The notes below the pieces were generated by a model that was not told where the DNA came from, made no database searches, and worked only from the letters and a program-made list of their open reading frames with translations. A stretch of 63,081 nucleotides of DNA, filler included, from Octopus bimaculoides (Eukaryota): the NCBI RefSeq assembly GCF_001194135.2. It is 8 parts of 7 records of this genome, joined end to end, with 100 filler letters (N's around TTAATTAATTAA, not from the genome) between each part and the next. Parts side by side here need not be neighbours in the genome. Positions count along the whole stretch, not along the records: positions 43,697 to 53,347 come from NC_068991.1; positions 53,448 to 54,622 come from NW_026317364.1; positions 54,723 to 59,454 come from NC_068991.1; positions 59,555 to 63,081 come from NW_026433107.1; 4 more parts are not named here. The stretch is one strand, 5' to 3'. How positions within the stretch are numbered: the first letter of the stretch is position 1; each line of letters begins with the position of its first letter. The position numbers and the translations under genes are program-made. This document shows, in pieces, positions 51,067 through 63,081 of the stretch.

Positions 51067-51321
51067 CATGCCTACATACATGCCTACATGCATGCATTTA
51101 TACATACATGTAGACACGTACGTATGTTTGTTTTTACGTTTTTACGCATATATATGTGAGTTTATATGTGTATATGTATGCAATCTGTGTTTTTTCTTCT
51201 CTTTGTATTCTCTTTGAATTCTGTCAAATCAGTCACTGCTAATCTTGTAGAGATCTCGTAATTACACGTGTCTTAACATGGGTGCGTATGCATAGGCAGA
51301 CCGACGGATAGATAGATAGAT

Positions 51322-51395
<74 letters not shown>

Positions 51396-52368
51396 TTTGT
51401 GCACATATATTTACACGATATATATATATAATTATACATACTTACACACAAACATATCTTTACACAGCCATGTGTATATGTCAGTGTATGCGTGGGCTGG
51501 AAATATATCAGATAATCGGTGAATATATAAATATATAAATATTCACCGTTTCATATACACCCTTTTTTTTTTAGGGGCGGGCGAGGCTGAGTGCAGAATA
51601 GGGGGAGGGTATTCGTCATATTATTATTATTTATGGGTTTCGCAAATGTATCTTTAACCGTATGAGATTTCTATATTGGACTTTATGAGACAAGAACCGT
51701 GTTTCTGGGAGATTATACGCAAAAGAAAAGAATGGCGAATCAACTGACATTATATCAGTCACACAGAGAATTGCCTCGAGGNNNNNNNNNNNNNNNNNNN
51801 NNNNNNNNNNNNNNNNNNNNNNNNNNNNNNNNNNNNNNNNNNNNNNNNNNNNNNNNNNNNNNNNNNNNNNNNNNNNNNNNNNNNNNNNNNNNNNNNNNNN
51901 NNNNNNNNNNNNNNNNNNNNNNNNNNNNNNNNNNNNNNNNNNNNNNNNNNNNNNNNNNNNNNNNNNNNNNNNNNNNNNNNNNNNNNNNNNNNNNNNNNNN
52001 NNNNNNNNNNNNNNNNNNNNNNNNNNNNNNNNNNNNNNNNNNNNNNNNNNNNNNNNNNNNNNNNNNNNNNNNNNNNNNNNNNNNNNNNNNNNNNNNNNNN
52101 NNNNNNNNNNNNNNNNNNNNNNNNNNNNNNNNNNNNNNNNNNNNNNNNNNNNNNNNNNNNNNNNNNNNNNNNNNNNNNNNNNNNNNNNNNNNNNNNNNNN
52201 NNNNNNNNNNNNNNNNNNNNNNNNNNNNNNNNNNNNNNNNNNNNNNNNNNNNNNNNNNNNNNNNNNNNNNNNNNNNNNNNNNNNNNNNNNNNNNNNNNNN
52301 CTTTACATTTGCTTTTTCCATTCAAATTTATACGTATTTATTATTTTATTTATTTAATCAATCATCAT

Positions 52369-52413
<45 letters not shown>

Positions 52414-52837
52414 TATTATTGTCATTATTATTGTCATTATTATTATCATTATTATTATCATTATTATTATCATTATCATTATTATAATTATTATTATCAT
52501 TATTATTGTCATTACTATTATCATTATTATTATCATTATTATTTTGCATATTTGATTTTATTCTAAACCTCTATTATTATTCATTGATATGTTTATTTAA
52601 TTTTTTTCTATTTCAACTTTTGCTTCGATTTTGTCTTAGATTTTTTCTTCATAACCATGTTGTCATTTTCGTCTTTATATACCAATATTTACCGCCATTA
52701 TTTGTTCAGCCATCATTCATTAAAGTTTGCTTATCCGATTTTTGTCTTTTTCTCCTTCATAATTTAATATCTTACGCTACTTTCGCCTCTTTTTTCTTTT
52801 TTGGCACATTTCATTCATTTTATTCTTTCATTCTCTC

Positions 52838-53033
52838 TTTACTCTTTTACTTGTTTCAGTCATTTGACTGCGACCATGCTGGAGCACTGCCTTTAGTCGA
52901 GCAAATCGACCCCAGGACTTATTCTTTGTATGCCTCGTACTTATTGTATCGGACTCTTTTGCCGAACCGCTAAGTTACGGGGATGTAAACACACCACCAT
53001 CGGTTGTCAAGCGATATGGGGGGACAAACACAG

Positions 53034-53088
<55 letters not shown>

Positions 53089-53237
53089 CATATACAACGG
53101 GCTTCTTTCAGTTTCCGTCTACCAAATCCACTCACAAGGCTTTGGTTGACCTGAGGCTATAGTAGAAGACGCTTGCCCAAGGTGTCACGCAGTGGGACTG
53201 AACCCAGAACCATGTGGTTGGTAAGCAAGCTACTTAC
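52838..53237 (-). mobile_element. Bipartite tRNA/CORE-like SINE, family A, with internal microsatellite; copies at about 7411, 16640, 28710, 29100, 33650, 34300, 37140, 43810, 60470, 62590
   Basis: Head ggcgtaggagtggctgtgtggtaag...gggttcagtcccactgcgtg..ccttgggcaag, central (TA)/(CA)n, tail ggcggtgctccagcatgg..gcagtcaaatgactgaaacaagtaaaaga. Confidence 0.88.
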
Positions 53238-54779
53238 CACACAGCCACTCCTACGCCATTTACTTTTCATGTAGAGCAATCATGGCTATAGACGCTGACG
53301 GAGTTGTGTAGTTGTGAAGCTTACTTTGTAACCTCTTGGTATCGAGTNNNNNNNNNNNNNNNNNNNNNNNNNNNNNNNNNNNNNNNNNNNNTTAATTAAT
53401 TAANNNNNNNNNNNNNNNNNNNNNNNNNNNNNNNNNNNNNNNNNNNNTATATATATAAATTAAAGTCATAGTATATGGATCCAAGTAATTAAGTTGTCTT
53501 CATAAAAAGAGTTCCTTACTGTAACATTCTACAAAACATATACAATACAAAACGTACAATACAAGAGAAAACGATAAGGAATGTAAAGTCATAAATGACA
53601 GAAATTGTTTGATGAAATTCTCTTTAGCAATGAGAAAATTCTCATGTCACGACAAATTGTTTCGTAACTTAAAAGCATGTAAATAATTTGTATTATTATA
53701 TTTGGTAATAAATAAACTACTTAAATGCCTGACTCAAGGCCCGAGGATTTCGTGTGTCAGCAATTATGAAACAAGTTAGAGCGGTTAGAGCGTCGAGCTT
53801 ACGATCATGAAGACGTGAGTTCGATTCCCGGACAGGGCAGTGTGTTGTGTTCTTGAGAAAGACACTTTATTTCACGTTTCTCCAGTTCACTCAGCTGTAG
53901 AAATGAGTTACAACGTCACTGGTGCCAAGCTGTATCATCCTTTGCCTTTCCCTTGATGGCGTGGAGAGGGGGAAGCTGGTGTTGATGGGTGATTGCAGGT
54001 CTTCCACAAGCAGTCTTGCCCAGACTTGTGCCTCGGAGGGGAACTTTCTTGGTGCAATCTCATGGTCGTTCGAGACCGAAGGGGATCTAGCGCTATTATG
54101 TCTTTTATTGTTTCTCTAATTGGCACTCTTACCGCTATGTACTCGTAAGAAGTTAAAATTTATTCAAATTTCAAATAACGATGAAGGAGAACAGAACTTG
54201 AAAAGACCACAAAAATGCAACGATTAAAGAACTCTTGTCAATTCAAATAATATTGGGAACGGATAAAATAAACGTAAAAAAAAACGAACGATTTGTAGCT
54301 CACTATCGCAGGTTTTGTGTTCGATTTCAGGTTGGGCATTGCGTCCTTCGGCAAGGCATTTTATTTGACGTTGCTCCAATCCACTTAGCTAGCAAAAATG
54401 AAGTAGTACTTCTATTTCAATGGTCGAAGCTTTTCAGAATCTGTGTCATGCCGAATCTCTCTGAGAACTACGTTAAAGGTACGCTTGTCTGTGGGATGCT
54501 CACATAACTGCAAGTTAATTTCACGAGCATGGTGTTCCGTTGATCAGATCAAGTGGAAAACTCGTCGTCGTAGCTGATGGACTGCCAATACGTATGTGTG
54601 TGTATGTGTGTATGTGTGTGTGNNNNNNNNNNNNNNNNNNNNNNNNNNNNNNNNNNNNNNNNNNNNTTAATTAATTAANNNNNNNNNNNNNNNNNNNNNN
54701 NNNNNNNNNNNNNNNNNNNNNNAACGAGGTGAAAATGAAATACTCAGCATAGAAACCAAATGCAAGTTAATTATTACAA

Positions 54780-55100
54780 TCTATATATAAGACACATGAT
54801 GTGTATCTGTGTGTTTGTCATGTCTTTAAAACTCGAGAGGCACCCAACCGATTTTAATGAAATCTTACGCACGCATTTCATAGGGTCTAGGGAATGTAAT
54901 GGCCCCACAAAAGTTTCTACTTCTTGCCTAATGCAGGCCCAGGGGCAGATAAACCACATTTTTGAAGCATTTTGGCAGCGTTAAGGCCCATGACTTGAAG
55001 AGTTATCCAGTCGCTCTCCTCCACATTTACAACAAACATTAATCATGCTCCTCGAATTACTGCTGGCCAGATTTCCGACGCCGACTATGGGCCCCACCAA
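54780..55100 (+). mobile_element. Possible non-autonomous Helitron-like 5' end
   Basis: a|TCTATATATAA start and caaccgattttaatgaaat motif; no 3' hairpin/CTAG located. Confidence 0.35.
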
Positions 55101-55872
55101 AAAATGCAGATTAATCAGATTGGAGTAGGAGGAATTTCAACCATGTTTCGTGGTCTGCTACCACAACAGCTCNNNNNNNNNNNNNNNNNNNNNNNNNNNN
55201 NNNNNNNNNNNNNNNNNNNNNNNNNNNNNNNNNNNNNNNNNNNNNNNNNNNNNNNNNNNNNNNNNNNNNNNNNNNNNNNNNNNNNNNNNNNNNNNNNNNN
55301 NNNNNNNNNNNNNNNNNGTCTTCTTTCACTGTTTGTGACTGTTCTAATTCAACTGTGGAATGTCCCTGCACTGAGTTTTATCTTTGTTTTAGGCCATTTT
55401 CCGAAGATAAAGTATTGATTCTACTTATGCAAGATAAGAATCGTATAATATTTCATGAAAATCTTTTTGTCTAATTTGGCAGAGGAAATCAGAAGAACAT
55501 TAAAATTTTTGTCGGTGCCCTGTNNNNNNNNNNNNNNNNNNNNNNNNNNNNNNNNNNNNNNNNNNNNNNNNNNNNNNNNNNNNNNNNNNNNNAACAAACT
55601 CATTCATCCATTGTCCAGAAGTGTCCTGTTGATGTTTCACGTTTCCAATCCTGCGCAATGCAGCATGGTCCGGCAGCATGCCTGCTTTCTACTTCATCCA
55701 TGTCTGACCTATATAATGCAAAATGTTCATACAAAAAACACAAACCGCTGTTGTGACTCACAGCCATTTGAGTTTGACCGCGTGACCCCTTCCGGAAGCT
55801 ACACTCGTCACCAGCAATTAGTCCGCCCCTCGTGTTTCTCCCCGCCCCACACCGTTCAGTCGGACAAGTAAA

Positions 55873-56140
55873 TACAGGGTGCCCCAGGATTAATAATGAT
55901 TTGAGTGAAATCGGGTGCATTTTTTTAAAACTCACTTTTATATATATATTTATCATGTCCAATTTGTGTTAAAAGTGTATAAAGTTTAAAATTGGTTTAA
56001 TTTTCTATTCATTCTTGTTGGTCCCGTCTTATTTGTCCATGACAGCCTCTTTTCAATTTGGCAGCAATTATTTTCTTTACTTCCATCTCCAAGATGCAGC
56101 AATCGTTTAGCTGATCTTAAAGAACGCATTCAGTTAGCAT
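55873..56140 (+). mobile_element. Tc1/mariner-like relic
   Basis: ta|cagggtgcccc TIR-like start; downstream RLADLKERIQLAY resembles a Tc1-family C-terminus. Confidence 0.4.
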
Positions 56141-57454
56141 ATTGTATCAAGGAGTGTCTGTGCGGTTGAGTAGCATGCTTTTCACCTATGTCGCCTTGGG
56201 TTCAATCCCACTTTGCGTCACGATTGGCAATTTTCTTTCATTACAGCTCGGAGCCGACTGAAACCTTGTTTATTATATAATTGCCATTACNNNNNNNNNN
56301 NNNNNNNNNNNNNNNNNNNNNNNNNNNNNNNNNNNNNNNNNNNNNNNNNNNNNNNNNNNNNNNNNNNNNNNNNNNNNNNNNNNNNNNNNNNNNNNNNNNN
56401 NNNNNNNNNNNNNNNNNNNNNNNNNNNNNNNNNNNNNNNNNNNNNNNNNNNNNNNNNNNNNNNNNNNNNNNNNNNNNNNNNNNNNNNNNNNNNNNNNNNN
56501 NNNNNNNNNGAAGAGACGTTATTCCATGAATATCACTCTTGTGGTGAGAAGAAAAACAAAAACAAAAACACTTCTATATGATTATATAATTATATGTTTG
56601 TGTGTGCGTATGTATGTATGNNNNNNNNNNNNNNNNNNNNNNNNNNNNNNNNNNNNNNNNNNNNNNNNNNNNNNNNNNNNNNNNNNNNNNNNNNNNNNNN
56701 NNNNNNNNNNNNNNNNNNNNNNNNNNNNNNNNNNNNNNNNNNNNNNNNNNNNNNNNNNNNNNNNNNNNNNNNNNNNNNNNNNNNNNNNNNNNNNNNNNNN
56801 NNNNNNNNNNNNNNNNNNNNNNNNNNNNNNNNNNNNNNNNNNNNNNNNNNNNNNNNNNNNNNNNNNNNNNNNNNNNNNNNNNNNNNNNNNNNNNNNNNNN
56901 NNNNNNNNNNNNNNNNNNNNNNNNNNNNNNNNNNNNNNNNNNNNNNNNNNNNNNNNNNNNNNNNNNNNNNNNNNNNNNNNNNNNNNNNNNNNNNNNNNNN
57001 NNNNNNNNNNNNNNNNNNNNNNNNNNNNNNNNNNNNNNNNNNNNNNNNNNNNNNNNNNNNNNNNNNNNNNNNNNNNNNNNNNNNNNNNNNNNNNNNNNNN
57101 NNNNNNNNNNNNNNNNNNNNNNNNNNNNNNNNNNNNNNNNNNNNNNNNNNNNNNNNNNNNNNNNNNNNNNNNNNNNNNNNNNNNNNNNNNNNNNNNNNNN
57201 NNNNNNNNNNNNNNNNNNNNNNNNNNNNNNNNNNNNNNNNNNNNNNNNNNNNNNNNNNNNNNNNNNNNNNNNNNNNNNNNNNNNNNNNNNNNNNNNNNNN
57301 NNNNNNNNNNNNNNNNNNNNNNNNNNNNNNNNNNNNNNNNNNNNNNNNNNNNNNNNNNNNNNNNNNNNNNNNNNNNNNNNNNNNNNNNNNNNNNNNNNNN
57401 NNNNNNNNNNNNNNNNNNNNNNNNNNNNNNNNNNNNNNNNNNNNNNNNNNNNNC

Positions 57455-59454
57455 ACCATCCAGTGAGAGATAAATACCATTTAATGTGCACAGTATGAAG
57501 ATACGAAAGATACAAAATGTCTGTAAAACACGAAGACAGAAATAACATTTCCCCCCAAAAAAGCGAAGTAANNNNNNNNNNGTAAAACACGAAGACAGAA
57601 ATAACATTTCCCCCCAAAAAAGCGAAGTAAACAACGAAAGACAGCAAACCCAGACCGTAGGAATGTATAATAATGAGCAAAATGTACCAAACCAGAACAC
57701 CACCAACAAAAATATAAATGGGAAGGAATACAAGACAAATCTAAAATCTGGAAATAGTGAAGGTGAACCTAATGATTATGATACNNNNNNNNNNNNNNNN
57801 NNNNNNNNNNNNNNNNNNNNNNNNNNNNNNNNNNNNNNNNNNNNNNNNNNNNNNNNNNNNNNNNNNNNNNNNNNNNNNNNNNNNNNNNNNNNNNNNNNNN
57901 NNNNNNNNNNNNNNNNNNNNNNNNNNNNNNNNNNNNNNNNNNNNNNNNNNNNNNNNNNNNNNNNNNNNNNNNNNNNNNNNNNNNNNNNNNNNNNNNNNNN
58001 NNNNNNNNNNNNNNGACCACAAAAGAAGCTGGATACTCCCTCAAACCAATCCAAACAGGAGTACTACCACCCCAAAAATACCCTTTGGATAAATAATATC
58101 CAGAAAAAATAGAAAACAAGAGAAANNNNNNNNNNNNNNNNNNNNNNNNNNNNNNNNNNNNNNNNNNNNNNNNNNNNNNNNNNNNNNNNNNNNNNNNNNN
58201 NNNNNNNNNNNNNNNNNNNNNNNNNNNNNNNNNNNNNNNNNNNNNNNNNNNNNNNNNNNNNNNNNNNNNNNNNNNNNNNNNNNNNNNNNNNNNNNNNNNN
58301 NNNNNNNNNNNNNNNNNNNNNNNNNNNNNNNNNNNNNNNNNNNNNNNNNNNNNNNNNNNNNNNNNNNNNNNNNNNNNNNNNNNNNNNNNNNNNNNNNNNN
58401 NNNNNNNNNNNNNNNNNNNNNNNNNNNNNNNNNNNNNNNNNNNNNNNNNNNNNNNNNNNNNNNNNNNNNNNNNNNNNNNNNNNAGCGGGAGATGTGGAAG
58501 AATTTTGGAAAGAAATATTGTTGGCGAAGGAACAAACTCAGAAAAGGTCTATCAAAATTACGAACTCAGTGCCTGAACATCTCTGGACCCCTATAACAAC
58601 TGGAGAGGTCACCCAGGCACTGCAAAACCTAAGAAACTGCAAGGCACCCGGCACGATAATATCCCCGACCTCTGGTTAAAATACCTGACAGGAAAATATG
58701 AAAATCTGGCTGAGAAATTTTATGACATACTAGTAGAGCCAGAGACAATGCCTGAATGGCTCACAGAAGAGAAAACTATGCTCATTCCCAAATCCATTGA
58801 AACGGCAAACGCACAAAATTGTGAACCGATAACTTGTCTCCCTGCAATTTACAAAGCCTTTACTGCAATAATATCGCAGAGAATAAGAAAGCACTTGGAA
58901 GAAAACAACCTGTTTCCAGAAGAGCAGAAGGGATGCTGCAAGGGNNNNNNNNNNCAGAAGAGCAGAAGGGATGCTGCAAGGGCTCATACGGTTGTAAAGA
59001 TCAACTAGTGATCAATAAAGCTATAATTGAAGACAGCCACAGAAAGAAGAAAGGTCTAAGTATGGCCTAGATCGATTACCGAAAGGCTTTTGACAGTATT
59101 CCCCACACGTGGATCCCAGAAACACTAGCCATGAACCAACAATCATAAAATACATAAGACACTCTATGAATAAATGGTAGAGAGTATTACAGCTCCAGAC
59201 AAAAGAGGCACTCGTGAAAACGAAAGCCATCCCCATTAGAAGAGGAATATCCCAAGGAGACACGCTCTCTCCACACCTGTTCTGCTTGGCACTCACACCT
59301 TTAACTGAATTGCTAAATACGGATGCGGATACAAATGTTACGGCAAAACAATCAGAAACCTCTTATATATGGATGATCTAAAACTGTACGCTACATATGA
59401 TAAGCAGCTGGAAACATTACTACAGATAGTACATGGATTTACCAAAGAAATAAA
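57455..59454 (+). mobile_element. R4/Dong-like LINE with RT core, gapped and disrupted
   Basis: LIPKS...PITCLP..YKAFTAIIS...EEQKGC..GSYGCKDQLVINKAI...IDYRKAFDSIPH...RRGISQGDTLSP..FCLAL...LLYMDDLKLYA. Confidence 0.92.
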
Positions 59455-59554
59455 NNNNNNNNNNNNNNNNNNNNNNNNNNNNNNNNNNNNNNNNNNNNTT
59501 AATTAATTAANNNNNNNNNNNNNNNNNNNNNNNNNNNNNNNNNNNNNNNNNNNN

Positions 59555-59595
<41 letters not shown>

Positions 59596-60095
59596 ATATA
59601 TATATATATCTATATATATAGCGAGAGTGGGGTGAGTGATGCAAATAAAGAAAGAATTACGCTTGGATTTGATATATAAAGCATACAGACGGAAGCCGGA
59701 CTTAGGTGGTATTTGTATGCATCCCCCACTGGTTGCATATCTCACTTTTTGCACATTCCGTCCGTCTGCCAGCTTTACAAGTATTGCGTAATTCCGAGTT
59801 CCCAGAAATAGCTGTCGGGCCTGAAATACCATTCCCTCGCTCCTTAGTTTTCTGTATATTTTGTTCTCCATGTAAATCTGTTCTGTAAATATATAATTAC
59901 GAAGGTGGTGGTGGTGGGCGGCGTAGACCAGTGATAAGTAAAATTGCAGTGCTATTATCAGTCCAAATATGTTCGATGCACGTTCAAACTGGGGAACAAG
60001 CCACTCACTGCATTTTGTCACGGAGAATATATCTCGCTTGTTGACAAATGGTATGTATACACCTAGATCAGCTCGAAGCACCATCTGCCTAGACA

Positions 60096-60139
60096 GCGAG
60101 ATGCTAGCATTTCGGAGTAATTATCACCTCATCAGCCAC
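60096..60139 (-). ncRNA. Minimal hammerhead motif, left arm of the 60-kb hairpin
   Basis: GTGG-CTGATGA-GGTG-ataatta-CTCC-GAAA-TGCTAGCAT-C-TCGC; intact core, palindromic stem III ATGCTAGCAT, AUC triplet, one T-T mismatch in stem II. Confidence 0.65.
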
Positions 60140-60170
60140 AGACATCAGGCAGATGACGCTACCACGTATC

Positions 60171-60215
60171 TGTGACTGGTGAGGAGATAACTACTCTGAA
60201 ATTCTAATAGCTCAC
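60171..60215 (+). ncRNA. Degenerate hammerhead motif, right arm of the 60-kb hairpin
   Basis: TGTGA-CTGGTGA-GGAG-ataacta-CTCT-GAAA-TTCTAATAG-C-TCACA; perfect 5-bp stem I and a paired stem II, core A6 changed to G, stem III decayed. Confidence 0.55.
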
Positions 60216-61246
60216 AGTCTATGGACGTGGTGCTGCCATCTGATCTAAGTGTACCCACACAATTGGTCAACAACCGAGATGTATTCCTCGTGACAAAACG
60301 CAGTGAGTAGCTTGCCTCAAGCAGATTTGGATTGATAACAGCATTGTAAATATATAAATATCTTCATCCTTATGCATAATTGTTCATCCTCTGAATATTT
60401 TTTAGTATTTTTCTATATATAACCGCATGTATATTTACATGTATATATATTCTTTTGTTGCTTTATTTGTTTTAGTTATTTTACTGCAGCCATGCTGGAG
60501 CACTGCCTTTAGACGAACAAACCGACCCCAGGACTTATTCTTTGTAAGCCTAGTGCTTATTCTATTGGTCTCTTTTTGCCGAACTGCTAATTTACGGGGA
60601 CGTAAGCACACCAACATCGATTGTCAAGCGATGGTGGGGGTACAAAAACAGACACACAAACATATGTATATGTATATGTATATATANNNNNNNNNNNNNN
60701 NNNNNNNNNNNNNNNNNNNNNNNNNNNNNNNNNNNNNNNNNNNNNNNNNNNNNNNNNNNNNNNNNNNNNNNNNNNNNNNNNNNNNNNNNNNNNNNNNNNN
60801 NNNNNNNNNNNNNNNNNNNNNNNNNNNNNNNNNNNNNNNNNNNNNNNNNNNNNNNNNNNNNNNNNNNNNNNNNNNNNNNNNNNNNNNNNNNNNNNNNNNN
60901 NNNNNNNNNNNNNNNNNNNNNNNNNNNNNNNNNNNNNNNNNNNNNNNNNNNNNNNNNNNNNNNNNNNNNNNNNNNNNNNNNNNNNNNNNNNNNNNNNNNN
61001 NNNNNNNNNNNNNNNNNNNNNNNNNNNNNNNNNNNNNNNNNNNNNNNNNNNNNNNNNNNNNNNNNNNNNNNNNNNNNNNNNNNNNNNNNNNNNNNNNNNN
61101 NNNNNNNNNNNNNNNNNNNNNNNNNNNNNNNNNNNNNNNNNNNNNNNNNNNNNNNNNNNNNNNNNNNNNNNNNNNNNNNNNNNNNNNNNNNNNNNNNNNN
61201 NNNNNNNNNNNNNNNNNNNNNNNNNNNNNNNATATATATATATATA

Positions 61247-61280
<34 letters not shown>

Positions 61281-61746
61281 GTTAAGGGTGCCAAGCTGGC
61301 CAAATCCTTAGAATCGTTCTAGCTCCTTACGTTCTGAGATCAACTTTGCCTTTCGTCTTTTCGGGGTCGTGAAAATATAGGCAGCCATGGATTGAGGTGG
61401 ATGTTATCAACAAAACCGCTCGTTAAAAAATTACTAGTTTTATATCTAAATTAGAAGCCACTAATTAGAGCGGGGCGTGAGACATTTAACATTTAATGAG
61501 CTGGCAAGCACACCACCTTCATATCATTGAACTATACAGAATACTGCTAACATTCGTACACACACACACCGTTCTCGTCCAGTAATAAAGACAGCTTCTA
61601 TTAATTGAAATGCCTCAGGTCGAAGGCAGATATATTTGTGCAGTGAAAGAGTCGTTTATAAGAATTTATAACTCAAATGCTTCAGATTCAGGGTATAGAA
61701 CTATCAGCTTTCCATTTATACTCCATTCCGAACCAGATATATATAC

Positions 61747-61777
<31 letters not shown>

Positions 61778-62789
61778 NNNNNNNNNNNNNNNNNNNNNNN
61801 NNNNNNNNNNNNNNNNNNNNNNNNNNNNNNNNNNNNNNNNNNNNNNNNNNNNNNNNNNNNNNNNNNNNNNNNNNNNNNNNNNNNNNNNNNNNNNNNNNNN
61901 NNNNNNNNNNNNNNNNNNNNNNNNNNNNNNNNNNNNNNNNNNNNNNNNNNNNNNNNNNNNNNNNNNNNNNNNNNNNNNNNNNNNNNNNNNNNNNNNNNNN
62001 NNNNNNNNNNNNNNNNNNNNNNNNNNNNNNNNNNNNNNNNNNNNNNNNNNNNNNNNNNNNNNNNNNNNNNNNNNNNNNNNNNNNNNNNNNNNNNNNNNNN
62101 NNNNNNNNNNNNNNNNNNNNNNNNNNNNNNNNNNNNNNNNNNNNNNNNNNNNNNNNNNNNNNNNNNNNNNNNNNNNNNNNNNNNNNNNNNNNNNNNNNNN
62201 NNNNNGTCAGTCGTATTATAACTTATAAATTTTTGAAAATGAATAAAAATGTTCATATTGCACAAAATATTTGTATTTTAATATTTAGAAAAGGAAGACT
62301 GGCAGTCACGTGTAGGTGGATGTGTGTGTGTGTCTGTGTTATTGTATTTATGCATATATGTATGTATGTGTGTGTGTATCCTCTCTTTTATTTTTTTCAT
62401 TCATTGGTCTGCGGCCCACCTGGGCCACTGAGTTGGAATATTTAGCCGAACAAGTCGATTACTGTATTTGTTTTCAGTTCTGTCACTTTTTGCTGACACA
62501 CACAGACACACATACATACGCACTCTTCCCCCCCCCATCTCTCACACACTCACACACATATACACACGCACATACATAAATATTTTTTCATTCTTTTACT
62601 TGTTTCAGTCATTTGGTTGCGACCATGCTGTAGCACCGCCTTTAATCAAATCGACCCCAAGACTTACTCTTTGTAGAACCGCTAAGTTAAAGTTATGGGG
62701 ACGTAAACACTCCAACATCGGTTGCCAAGCGATAGTGGGGGGGGGACAAAAACAGACACACAAATACATACACACGTGCATACACATAT

Positions 62790-62837
<48 letters not shown>

Positions 62838-63081
62838 ACACACACATATATACATATATACGACGGGCTTCTTTCAGTTTCTGTCTACCAGATCCACTCA
62901 CAAGGCTTTGGTCGAACCGAGGCTACAGTAGAAGACGATTGTCCAAGATGCCACGCAGTGGGACTGAACCCAGAACCATGGGTTGTGCATGATAAGAAAC
63001 AAACTTCTTACCATATAGCCACTCCTGTACCTATATATATATATGTATGTGTATGTGTGTGTGTGTGTGTGTGTGTGTATG

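Larger units (their letters stand above)
59997..60314. mobile_element. Imperfect palindromic cassette of about 320 bp (inverted Penelope-like terminal repeat pair)
   Basis: caagccactcactgcattttgtcacg... mirrored by ...cgtgacaaaacgcagtgagtagcttg; arms alignable to a spacer of about 30 nt at 60140-60171; HHR motif in each arm. Confidence 0.75.

Noticed and set aside
57520-57630. Direct repeats flanking 10-N gaps (also about 58920-58980 and 39540-39750)
   Set aside because: Typical unmerged contig overlaps.
56526-57733. Long ORFs of 200-390 aa across N runs throughout the track
   Set aside because: Open only because N codons are not stops.
59503-60084. 193-aa minus-strand ORF
   Set aside because: Begins inside the palindromic cassette and ends in (TA)n and a gap; no recognisable domain.

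Overview
Eukaryotic, AT-rich, gap-ridden genomic scaffold, almost certainly from an octopus. This is inferred from the repeat content: tRNA-derived OR/OK-like and CORE-like SINEs, RTE LINEs with (GAT)n tails, and dense (TA)n/(CA)n/(TAA)n/(GATA)n microsatellites. Most entries in the ORF track are microsatellite or N-gap artefacts. The credible host-gene content is (i) two intact, in-phase minus-strand exons of 5-oxoprolinase (OPLAH; 17822-17968 and 13677-13811), whose neighbouring exons I could not find; (ii) a chain of minus-strand exons (about 43.4 to 27.2 kb) of a protein I cannot name; and (iii) two weaker plus-strand exon candidates (48.4 and 50.1 kb). The rest is decayed mobile DNA: Penelope-like elements (RT and GIY-YIG relics), R4/Dong-like REL LINEs sitting in (TAA)n, RTE and CR1-like LINEs, mariner/Tc1, hAT and pogo-like MITEs, foldbacks and SINEs. 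The most interesting signal is invisible to the ORF track: at least eight hammerhead-ribozyme (HHR) motifs from several unrelated sequence families. One has an intact core (44288-44333), and two palindromic cassettes (18.7-19.3 kb and 60.0-60.3 kb) carry an outward-pointing HHR in each arm. HHRs in Penelope-like elements are established, so I do not claim a new system. All assignments are by-eye motif recognition without database searches, and repeat boundaries are approximate.
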